A DNA stretch of 64,000 bases, taken from Phyllobates terribilis. Taxonomy: Eukaryota. This document shows positions 12,801 to 24,800 of the stretch, one piece after another (within the stretch, counting starts at the first letter, position 1; the number at the start of each line of letters is the position of its first letter). The position numbers were made by a program, and so were the translations under genes. Below the pieces are notes generated by a model that worked only from the letters and a program-made list of their open reading frames with translations, did no database searches and had not been told where the DNA came from. The stretch is from the NCBI RefSeq assembly GCF_046119375.1, contig NW_027362767.1, positions 416,268,001 to 416,332,000 of the forward strand, written 5' to 3'.

Positions 12801-15800
12801 CGGCGGCAGTAGTACATGCGGCCGGTGGGAGCTGCACACGGCGGCGGCAGTAGTACATGCGGCCGGTGGGAGCTGCACACGGCGGCGGCAGTAGTACATG
12901 CGGCCGGTGGGAGCTGCACACGGCGGCGGCAGTAGTACATGCGGCCGGTGGGAGCTGCACACGGCGGCGGCAGTAGTACATGCGGCCGGTGGGATCTGCA
13001 CACGGCGGCGGCAGTAGTACATGCGGCCGGTGGGATCTGCACACGGCGGCGGCAGTAGTACATGCGGCCGGTGGGATCTGCACACGGCGGCGGCAGTAGT
13101 ACATGCGGCCGGTGGGATCTGCACACGGCGGCGGCAGTAGTACATGCGGCCGGTGGGATCTGCACACGGCGGCGGCAGTAGTACATGCGGCCGGTGGGAT
13201 CTGCACACGGCGGCGGCAGTAGTACATGCGGCCGGTGGGATCTGCACACGGCGGCGGCAGTAGTACATGCGGCCGGTGGGATCTGCACACGGCGGCGGCA
13301 GTAGTACATGCGGCCGGTGGGATCTGCACACGGCGGCGGCAGTAGTACATGCGGCCGGTGGGATCTGCACACGGCGGCGGCGGCAGTACATGCGGCCGGT
13401 GGGATCTGCACACGGCGGCGGCGGCAGTAGTACATGCGGCCGGTGGGATCTGCACACGGCGGCGGCGGCAGTAGTACATGCGGCCGGTGGGATCTGCACA
13501 CGGCGGCGGCGGCAGTAGTACATGCGGCCGGTGGGATCTGCACACGGCGGCGGCAGTAGTACATGCGGCCGGTGGGAGCTGCACACGGCGGCGGCAGCAG
13601 TACATGCGCCCGGTGGGATCTGCACGCGGCGGCAGTAGTACATGCGGCCGGTGGGATTTGCACGCGGCGGCGGCAGTAGTACATGCGGCCGGTGGGATCT
13701 GCACACGGCGGCGGCAGTAGTACATGCGGCCGGTGGGATCTGCACACGGCGGCGGCAGTAGTACATGCGGCCGGTGGGATCTGCACACGGCGGCGGCAGT
13801 AGTACATGCGGCCGGTGGGATCTGCACACGGCGGCGGCAGTAGTACATGCGGCCGGTGGGATCTGCACACGGCGGCGGCAGTAGTACATGCGGCCGGTGG
13901 GATCTGCACACGGCGGCGGCAGTAGTACATGCGGCCGGTGGGATCTGCACACGGCGGCGGCAGTAGTACATGCGGCCGGTGGGATCTGCACACGGCGGCG
14001 GCAGTAGTACATGCGGCCGGTGGGATCTGCACACGGCGGCGGCAGTAGTACATGCGGCCGGTGGGATCTGCACACGGCGGCGGCAGTAGTACATGCGGCC
14101 GGTGGGATCTGCACACGGCGGCGGCAGTAGTACATGCGGCCGGTGGGATCTGCACACGGCGGCGGCAGTAGTACATGCGGCCGGTGGGATCTGCACACGG
14201 CGGCGGCAGTAGTACATGCGGCCGGTGGGATCTGCACACGGCGGCGGCAGTAGTACATGCGGCCGGTGGGATCTGCACACGGCGGCGGCAGTAGTACATG
14301 CGGCCGGTGGGATCTGCACACGGCGGCGGCAGTAGTACATGCGGCCGGTGGGATCTGCACACGGCGGCGGCAGTAGTACATGCGGCCGGTGGGATCTGCA
14401 CACGGCGGCGGCAGTATATTCGGCCGGTGGGATCTACACATGGCGGCTTCAGTACATGCGGCCGGTGGGATCTGCACATGGTGGCGGCAGTATATTCGGC
14501 CGGTGGGATCTGCACATGGCGGCGGCAGTATATTCGGCCGGTGGGATCTGCACATGGCGGTGGCAGTACAGGCGGCCGGTGGGATCTGCACATGGTGGCG
14601 GCAGTACAGGCGGTCAGTGTGTCACCATCTGCTGGCAATGAAGGACAGTGCTGGGGCAGCAGCAGGAGAGGATGTGAGGAGACTCGGGACGATGTCACCA
14701 CTGAGAGCACAGGAGAGGAATGACGGGGAGGTGGGGGGTTGGTCCTGCTGCCATCACTAATGGAAGGGGACAAAATGCTGTTACCACTGGAGAAGTATAG
14801 GAGGATTCTGCAGTGAATAGGAGGGTCAAGCCGCTCTGACTACTGGGGAACTGCTGTAATGAGAAGGGGGGGGGGGGGCTGCAGTGACTTCTGGGGAAGA
14901 TTATGCTGTGATTAGTAGGGGAGGCTGCAGTGTCTATTAGGAAAGGGTGGGAAGGCCACTGCTGTCAGTAGTAGTGGGGGCTGCTATCATTGCTGGGGAA
15001 GAGCAGAGATGATATTGCTGTGATTAGTAGGGGGAGGCTGCTGTGACTACTGGGGATGTGTGGGATTAGCTGAAGTGTGGGTGAAATGCTCTGGATCCCG
15101 TAGCTGCTCCCAATGTCTGTATTTTCCCGCGTCCTTCACCTTGTCCTCGTTGGTCGTGTCAGGAGCCGGATGATGATCCGTTTTTGCTTTTCTTCCACCA
15201 GTTCTTCGAGGAGTTGTCAGCAGATAATAAACAGGCGCAGGAGGAGGAAACTGCCAGAGAGCGAGAGAAGGAGCAGCAGCAACAGCAGGTGAGGCATCGG
15301 CGCTCTGTGACCTCCTGGGGGCGCTCTGCCCGTCTCTCATAACCACCGCTGTGTCCCCTGATCTTCCCCCGCAGCAAAAGAAGAAAGACAAGAAGAAGAA
15401 GGACCGGAGGAAGCAGAAGGGAGGAGACGATGATGATGACGAGGATGAAGACCGGGAGATCACTGAGAAGCTGAAGAAACTGTCAGTGCAGCCCAGCGAT
15501 GAAGAGGAAGAGTCAGGTACGGGAAGGCCTGTGACTGATCTGCTCCATTATTGTACTCCAGAGCTGCATTTATAATTCTGCTGGGAACGACTAGTGGGCA
15601 GCGTTTCCATTTATCTTTCTGCCCAGTGGAAGCATTTTTTTATTTGAACAGAGATGTCCCAGTGATTCCTGTCTAAAGTCTTTCTTTTTTTTTTTTTCCC
15701 TCCTTGGCAGACCCTGCACCGGCCCCCCGACGTGGTAAAGCGCAAGTGAGTGCTTGCAGTTGAAAGGGGATTTCTCGGCTCCTCTGACACGAATACCCAC

Positions 15801-18800
15801 CAAGAGAACAATTCTGGAGCAATCTTTTTTTTTTTTTTTTAAACTGTGTTGTTCCTCTGTTATTCCTCCTGGAAATGTGTCAATAAATGGATGCCAAGGT
15901 GTGCCCGTTCCACTTGTTACTGGGGCGACTCCTTACACCGTGTGACCACACCTTACACCGTCCGGTCCGCACAGATCGGACTCTACCTCCAATGGTAACA
16001 TTCACTCGTCAATGTGATTCAGAAATTTCCAGGAGGAGTAAGAGCGGAACGGTACAACACCGTATACTGGCTGCTATGAGAAATGCCTCCCTTCTTATGC
16101 ACTGATGTCGTTGGTTATATTACAGCCTGCGGGGAGAAATATATTTGCCGCCCTCGGTAGTGATAATAGTGAAGATGAGGAGGAGGAGGAAGAAGAGGAA
16201 GAGCAGACGACTGCGAAGAAAAACAAAGGAAAGAAAGTAAAGGTAATGAGCGACCACAGTATAGATGAGAACCCAGTGATCCTGACATTGGGGGCCACAA
16301 AGTCCCCTCTGTGAACGGAGCTGTAGTGAGCATGTGTGACCACTGCGCCCCTAGACCATGAATGGTCGCACATCCTCACTACCGCAGAGAAGCCTTTAAG
16401 TGAAAAGGTGGCCGTACACTATAACAGGACTGACCGATCATCTAATGGGGGGGGATCCTGACTCTTCCCCCAAACTAAGATGTCGTGGAGAGAAGAATTA
16501 GGCAGTTGGTTTTTAACATGCCCAATCTCTTGTTACCATTGGAGATGAGGCATCTTGGAGTGGCCTATTCACCTACTCTCAGTGGTGATATACAGTGGGT
16601 ACGGAAAGTATTCAGACCCCTTTCAATTTTTCATTCTTCATTGCAGCCATTTGGTAAATTCTAGAAAGTTCATTTTTTTCCTCATTAAAGTACACTCTGC
16701 ACCCCATCTTGACTGAAAAAAAACAGAAATGTAGAAATTTTTGCAAATTTATTAAAAAAGAAAAACTGAAATATCACATGGTCATAAGTATTCAGACCCT
16801 TTGCTCAGACACTCATATTTAAGTCACATGCTGTCCATTTCCTTGTGATCCTCCTTGAGATGGTCCTACTCCTTCATTGGAGTCCAGCTGTGTTTAATTA
16901 AACTGATAGGTATGTGCCTTTCCAAATCAAGTCCTGTCTATATAAGACCTCCCAGCTCATAGTGCATGTCAGACCAAATGAGAATCATGAGCTCAAAGAA
17001 ACTGCCCAAGGAGCTCAGAGACAGAATTGTAGCAAGGCACAGATCTGGCCAAGGTTACAAAAGAATTTCTGCATTACTCAAGGTTCCTAAGAGCACAGTG
17101 GCCTCCATAATCCTTAAATGGAAGAAGTTTGAAACCACCAGAAGTCTTCCTAGACCTGGCCGTCCAGCCAAACTGAGCAATCATGAGAGAAGAGCCTTGG
17201 TGAGAGAGGTAAAGAAGAACCCCAAGATCACTGTGGCTGAGCTCCAGTGATGCATTAAGGAGATGGGAGAAAGTTCCACAAAGTCCACTATCACTGCAGC
17301 CCTCCACCAGTCGGGCCTTTATGGCAGAGTGGTCTGACGGAAGCCTCTCCTCACTGCAAGACATATGAAAGCCCACATAGTTTGCTCAAAAACACATGAA
17401 GGACTCCCAGACTATGAGAAATAAGATTCTCTGGTCTGATGAGACGAAGATAGAACTTTTTTGTGATAATTCTAAGCGGTATGTGTGGAGAAAACCAGGC
17501 ACTGCTCATCACCTGCCCAAAACAATCCCAACAGTGAAACATGGTGGTGGCAGTATCATGCTATTGGGTGTTTTTCAGCTGCAGGGACAGGACGACGGGT
17601 TGCAATTGAAGGAAACATGAATGCGGCCAAGTACAGAGATATCCTGGATGAAAACCTCTTCCAGAGTGCTCTGGACCTCAGACTTGGCCAAAGGTTCACC
17701 TTCCAACAAGACAATGGCCCTAAGCACACAGCTAAAATAACAAAGGAGTGACTTCAGAACAACTCTGTGACCATTCTTGACTGGCCCAGCCAGAGCCCTG
17801 ACCTAAACCCAATTGAGCATCTCTGGAGAGACCTGAAAATGGCTGTCCACCAACGTTCTCCATCCAACCTGATGGTACTGGAGAGGATCTGCAAGGAAGA
17901 ATGGCAGAGGATCCCCAAATCCAGGTGTGAAAAACTTTTTGCATCATTTCCAAGAAGACTCATGGCTGTACTAGCTCAAAAGGGGGCTTCTACTCACTAC
18001 TGAGCAAAGGGTCTGAATAATTATGACCAGGGGATATTTCAGTTTTTCTTTTTTAATAAATTTGCAAAAAAATCTACATTTCTGTTTTTTTCAGTCAAGA
18101 TGGGGTGCAGAGTGTACTTTAATGAGAAAAAAATGAACTTTGCTTCATTGCAGCCATTTGGTAAATTCTATAAAGAGTGAAAAATTTAAAGGGGTCTGAA
18201 TACTTTCCGTGCCCACTGTATGAACGCTCGGCCACACCGGGTGTGCATGTGTATTTGGGTTTGGGAGCCGGCTATTGGGTAAACGCGCGTTAGGGCAGCA
18301 GTTGTCTGTATATAGCTTTATTCGGCTGCGTATAAATGTATTATTTGTCTTTTGTTTCTTTTTTTTTCATTGTTGCAAACTAATGTGATAGGAAGAAGAG
18401 AAGAAACCCAACAAGAAAGGAAAGAAGAATGAAGCCGTTAAGCCGAAGGTGGGACGTTGGGTCATGTGATAAGACGTTGGGTCTTGGGTTCTTTCTTAAT
18501 CTTACAGTCCGTACTTTTTCTTTCAGCCGCCCAGCGAAGAAAGTGATGAAGAAATACCAAAGGAAAAAACAAAAGGCAAAGTGAGTCTGACTAGCCCAGG
18601 GGATGGGGACTACTCGGTACCCGGGCCTTTAGCCTGGCCTTGGGGATGTCGCGGTGGTCGGCTCCCGGGCCCGTACCCTGGGGTCACTCTTTAAAAAGGG
18701 GATAATCGGTTTCTTAGTTTTATGAAAGTTCGTGACGCCACCTGTGGTTTCTGGTGAGAATCACCAGCACTGCGCAGTCCACTGAGGCTGGTGATAAGGC

Positions 18801-21800
18801 AGCTCGATGGTATAGCTCCCCACAGGTGGAGCTAGGCCTCAGGGCAGCGTACGGAAAGGGGGATGCAGGACAGGTGAGACCCAGCCGGGTCAGAGCAAGA
18901 ATGGGGACGGACACGATAGTCACTTCAGTACCTTTTACTGGTGGAAATTCAGGCACATCCCGGAGCACTGTAGGGTGAAGGGTGCATATCAGGATCCTCC
19001 CCAATGAGCAGGTTTTGGGCCTCCTGTTACTTGCCTCTGCGTAGTAAGTTTCTGACCTGCCTGGAGCTAGGCTTAACTTTGTCTCTGTCCTGCGCTGGCT
19101 GACCTCGTGGTAGGGCCTTTTCTTGGAGTACACGCTCCTCAGCTTGTGGGGCCTGTGTGTCTCCCGGCTCTGTTACGTATCAGCACTTTAGCGATCCTGG
19201 GACTTGTAGTTCTCCAGGGATTCCGGTTATGCCTTACTGGGTCATAGAGATCCCGGTAAGCTCGGACCCGGTGTCCGGTAACTGCTTCAGTGTGAGCCGG
19301 TTAAGCTCCTCTGCCCCCTATGTACTAACTCTCCACTCGCCTTCGGCCTACTCGGGCCCTCACTAGGCTATACCCACTAATGGCAGCTTGCCGCGCTTCA
19401 CCGATCTTATGGTGCCGGCACACCTAAAGCGCACTATCCTGAGCTACAACTGAACTGAGCTCAACTCTGCATTCAGACCTGTACTTGCTGAACTCTCCAG
19501 AGGAACTGAACTGCCTGGCTCCACCTTCCCTATTTATATCCCTAACGGCTCCCTCTGCTGGTCTGAGGTGGAAGGTGGAGATGTGTGAATGTTTATGGGG
19601 GCCTCTTGTGGAAGAATCCATCAATGTACTCTTCCAGGATCTGTGATACCAAGCGCAGCTGGGCGTCACAAGTCCTCCGCTGCCGGGTGACCTGATGGCT
19701 CCTCATGGGCGGCCCCTCCCCTTATTGGGCAAGGAAGTAGCTGTCGGTGTAAAATGGGGATCTGATAGGGATTTATTAATGTTCCCACCAGAAACCTCCG
19801 CCCAAAGCTCCGGACCTCAATGACGAGGAAGAGAAGAAACCCAAAAAGGGGGATAAGAAGCCGAAACCACCGCAGGTGAGGTCACACCGCCACGGTCTGG
19901 GGGTCTTCTTTACCTGTCCCTATAAATGGCTGTAACTCTTTTGTTCTCTGCTGTCAGTTTGTTCCCATTTCCCGAACCCTGCTAATGTCTTTGGACTATA
20001 ATAAGATTAGAGCCCCCTTGTGTAAAGCCCCCCAGCTGCTGTGTGCCTTAGTCTGTACTTCTACATGTTTTCTTTGATTTTCTCAGAATCGCTTTGTTGC
20101 ACTGGATGATGATGATGAGGATTATATGAGAAGTGCGGGGGAAGAAGAGAAGGTGAGTATGGGGCTACGACATGGTGCTCAGGAAACTACATGCTGCGGC
20201 GTCTGACCGATACAGGAGTCGTGATGTTAGAGGGGTCCAGATATTGTACTTGCTGTGACATTATTACATTGGCAGTCTGCCGTCGCCACTAGGGGGAGCG
20301 CCCTGCAGGCCGAGATACAGGATAAAGATTCTGTCTGCAGTTACCACTAGGGGGAGCTCCCTGTATACAGAGATACAGGATAAAGATTCTGTCTGCCGTC
20401 ACCACTAGGGGGAGCGCCCTGCAGGCCGAGATACAGGATAAAGATTCTGTCTGCAGTTACCACTAGGGGGAGCTCCCTGTATACAGAGATACAGGATAAA
20501 GATTCTGTCTGCCGTCACCACTAGGGGGAGCTCCCTGTATACAGAGATGCAGGATAAAGATTCTGTCTGCAGTTACCACTAGGGGGAGCTCCCTGTATAC
20601 ATTGATACAGGATAAAGATTCTGTCTGCCGTCACTACTAGGGGGAGCGCCCTGCATGCCGAGATACAGGATAAAGATTCTGCCTGCCGTCACCACTAGGG
20701 GGAGCGCCCTGCAGGCCGAGATGCAGGATAAAGATTCTGCCTGCCGTCACCACTAGGGGGAGCGCCCTGCAGGCCGAGATGCAGGATAAAGATTCTGCCT
20801 GCCGTCACTACTAGGGGGAGCGCCCTGCATGCCGAGATACAGGATAAAGATTCTGCCTGCCGTCACTACTAGGGGGAGCGCCCTGCATGCCGAGATACAG
20901 GATAAAGATTCTGCCTGCCGTCACCACTAGGGGGAGCGCCCTGCAGGCCGAGATGCAGGATAAAGATTCTGCCTGCGGTCACCACTAGGGGGAGCGCCCT
21001 GCAGGCCGAGATGCAGGATAAAGATTCTGCCTGCCGTCACTACTAGGGGGAGCGCCCTGCAGGCCGAGATGCAGGATAAAGATTCTGCCTGCCGTCACTA
21101 CTAGGGGGAGCGCCCTGCATGCCGAGATACAGGATAAAGATTCTGCCTGCCGTCACCACTAGGGGGAGCGCCCTGCAGGCCGAGATGCAGGATAAAGATT
21201 CTGCCTGCCGTCACTACTAGGGGGAGCGCCCTGCATGCAGATTTCATACGATTTGTATACATTCATATGCAGTTGGCTCCCCCTAGTGGTGTTTGTGTGC
21301 AGCCAGATCTATAGAAGTTAAATGGATACTGTGGATAGGTGGTAAATGTTATTGAAGGATAACCCATGTGTCCATCTGCTGAGTGTTTTAAAATGCCGTT
21401 CAACCTCATTGAAAAATTATGCCCATTTAAGTTAATGTTCAATGCCAGACGCGGCCTCTGGAGGCATGGGGCGCTGTTTCTCATTGTAGCTTGCTTTTCG
21501 GGGTATTTGGTATCCCCCCCCTTTCTGATTTGTTGTGAGGGTTGTTTTTGATGCATTGGTAAAATGTGATGTGACATTTGTTTGGTCTGACAGTCGGGTG
21601 ATGAGGACGGAGCGGATGGAAAGTCTGCGGCAGCCGAAGATCCTTATGCCAACATGAGCAAGAAGGAGAAGAAGAAGATGAAGAAGCAGGTCAGTCGGAG
21701 CGTTCTGCATTAACTCCTCTTGTCCTGAAGCTTCCAGATTCTTGTGCTGCGGCCGGTGCAGACGTCACGCTTCGTATTCGGACTCGTGGATCCCGTCTTA

Positions 21801-24800
21801 TGGTTTTTTGTTGTCCCCCCCCCCCCCCCTTTCCCATATAGATGGATTATGAGAAGCAGGTGGCCGCCATGAAGAAGGCGACAGCGGCTGAAGATGACTT
21901 CTCGGTGTCGCAGGCAGAGCTCTCGTCTCGTCAGGCCATGCTGGAGAACGCCTCCGATATCAAGGTATGCGGGGACCACATATCGGACCACCCATCCGGC
22001 TATTGGTAGACTGTCAGACTGCGCTCTTATGGGGCTAATAACTATAAACCGGACCTCTGCTGTCAGTGACCTCGGACAATATCCTATTACATTCGGTTCT
22101 GGAGTGGTGCCACTCACACAGTGCCGGGCCGGTGACAGTGGCAGCTCTTCTCTGATGACCCCATAAGCTGTACAACCGCTGTATGGAAACTGACTGTGTC
22201 CATTTACTGACAGCAAGCTGAGGTATTGCAATGACTGCATAATCTGATCTAACACGAGTGTTTAGTTTTTTTTTTTTTTCCTTCTGTTTAGTTGGAAAAA
22301 TTCAGCATTTCTGCCCACGGCAAAGAGCTGTTTGTTAACGCTGACCTGTACGTGGTGGCGGGCCGCCGCTATGGTTTAGTGGGTCCCAACGGGTGAGTGC
22401 CGGCCGGTGCAGCCCACTTGTCTTGTATTTTCTGCTGCCCCAATGCTCAGGTCTTCTTTCTTCTCTGTCAGGAAAGGGAAGACCACTCTCCTAAAACACA
22501 TCGCTAACCGGGCCCTGAACATTCCCCCCAACATCGACGTGCTGCTTTGTGAGCAAGGTAAGAAAAGCCGGGTACCCAGGTACTAGTGTGCCCGCTGCGC
22601 CTGCCACAGCTTATTCCTCATCTCCATCTTCCCTTCCACGCGCAGAGGTTGTGGCGGATGAAACCCCGGCTGTCCAGGCCGTTCTCAAGGCCGACACGAA
22701 ACGTCTGAAGTTGTTGGAGCAGGAGAAGAAGCTGCAGGCCAGGCTGGAGAAGGGAGACGACAGCGCTGCCGAGCGACTGGAGAAGGTCACTGTGGCGGGC
22801 ACTAGGGGATGCGAGCCGCTCAGCGGGGCAGAATATGACTGTCTGCTATGTCACCACCCAGGTATATGAGGAGCTACGGGCATCCGGAGCCGCCTCAGCA
22901 GAAGCCAAAGCTCGTCGTATCTTGGCTGGTCTGAGTTTTACCCCAGAGATGCAGGATCGGGAGACCAAGAGGTTCAGTGGAGGCTGGAGAATGAGAGTGT
23001 CACTAGCCAGGTAATTAAGTACACCCTGCCTCTTTTTACCAGATTTTATTGACTTAAGAGCTGCTCCTCTCTCCTGCTGCTTCCATGAAGCTTTGTGAAA
23101 AACTGCAGCTGCATCCCCCTCCTCCCTCACCTTCAGTAGGTGGCTCTACTACCTAACTCTCCATGATCATGTGGGTGGCCCAATTTGATCATGTAGGAGG
23201 TCTCTGCACCCTGCTATTCCTTATTTTTCTGTTTCACTGAAACATTGAGAACCTGCAGCTGCATCCCCCTCCTCCCTCACCTTCAGTAGGTGGCTCCGGT
23301 ACCTAGCAGTCGCTTACCATGATCATGTGCTTGGTCCAGTTTCATTGTGTAGGAGCGCTGTCTACACTGTGCTGTTCTTTCTCTCTCTCCCTCTAAATCA
23401 GTTTCTCAGAAACCTTGATCTCCTGCAGCCGCATCCCCCCCTCTTCCCCCTCCTCATTATTACATTTTTATTTCAGAGCTCTCTTCATGGAACCGACACT
23501 CCTCATGTTGGATGAACCCACAAACCACTTGGATCTCAACGCCGTCATCTGGCTGAACAAGTGAGTAATCTGCGGCTCCGTTACATACGGTCGGGGCAGC
23601 TACATCCGACTGTCCTTGGAGCCGCCATCTTGACGTTTCTCCTCTCCCAGTTACCTCCAGAGCTGGAAGAAAACCCTCCTCATAGTGTCCCACGACCAGG
23701 GCTTTTTGGATGATGTATGTACAGACATCATGCACCTGGATGGGCAGAAGCTGTATTATTACCGGGGCAATTACAGTGAGTGTCTCAGGGCTCCGGGGGG
23801 CATTTGTGTGGACCCCCACCAGACCGTGCACTGGGTCTGATCACATGTGATTTTGCTTTTCCTTCCAGTGACCTTTAAGAAGATGTATCAGCAGAAACAG
23901 AAGGAGATGCAGAAACAGTATGAAAAGCAAGAAAAGAAGCTGAAGGACCTAAAAGCAGGAGGGAAATCATCCAAACAAGCGGTAGGAGGCTGCCCCGTCC
24001 ATGCAGGAGGCTAGCCTGTGCGTGCAATACCCAGTACCCCCTACAGGCATGGCGTACACTGATCTATGACCTACCATGAGATGCCTGCTAGTGGTGTCAC
24101 CTGCTCATGTTCCAGTGTTGTCCTCCAGGAGAAGCAGACGAAAGAAGCTTTAACTCGAAAGCAGCAAAAATGTCGGAAGAAGAACGCCGACGAGGAGAGC
24201 AACGAACCGTCCGAGTTACTGAAGAGGCCAAAGGAGTACACCGTGAAATTCACCTTCCCAAACCCCCCACCGCTCAGCCCTCCAATTCTGGGTCTCCACG
24301 GTAAGAGGAGCGGACATCAGGCCGTGCCCCCCGCGCCGCACACCAGGGCTGCAAGACCTGACCTCTTCCTTGTTCCTGCAGGGGTCGAGTTTGGCTACTC
24401 GGGGCAGAAGCTGCTGTTTAAGAATCTGGATTTTGGCATAGACATGGACTCCAGAGGTGAGGGAGCGTATTTAGACTCATATTTCCTGTCCCTTCAGGGA
24501 GAGTTTTCAGCAGGCTCCTTATCAGACGCAGGATTACAATGACTGCTAACACCTCTATACACAGAATCCAATAATCACAATAGGCGATGTCGCAGCAACC
24601 CCTTCACAATGACCATTGCAGGCTCCGTCACACATAACAAGATCGCTAGCGAGATCGGATACGTCACGGTTTTTGTGACGCAATAGCGATCTTGCTAGCG
24701 ATCTCGTTACGTCAGACAGGTAGCAACGATCAGGCCCCTGCTGTGAGATCGCTGATCGTTACAAAGCTTCCTGGACCATTCCTGGGTCGTTGCGCTCCGC

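Noticed and set aside
12170-14773. 741-867 aa Cys/Pro/Arg-rich ORFs in all three minus frames
   Set aside because: A stop-free 41-bp unit cycles through all frames; intronic, antisense to ABCF1, no domain features.
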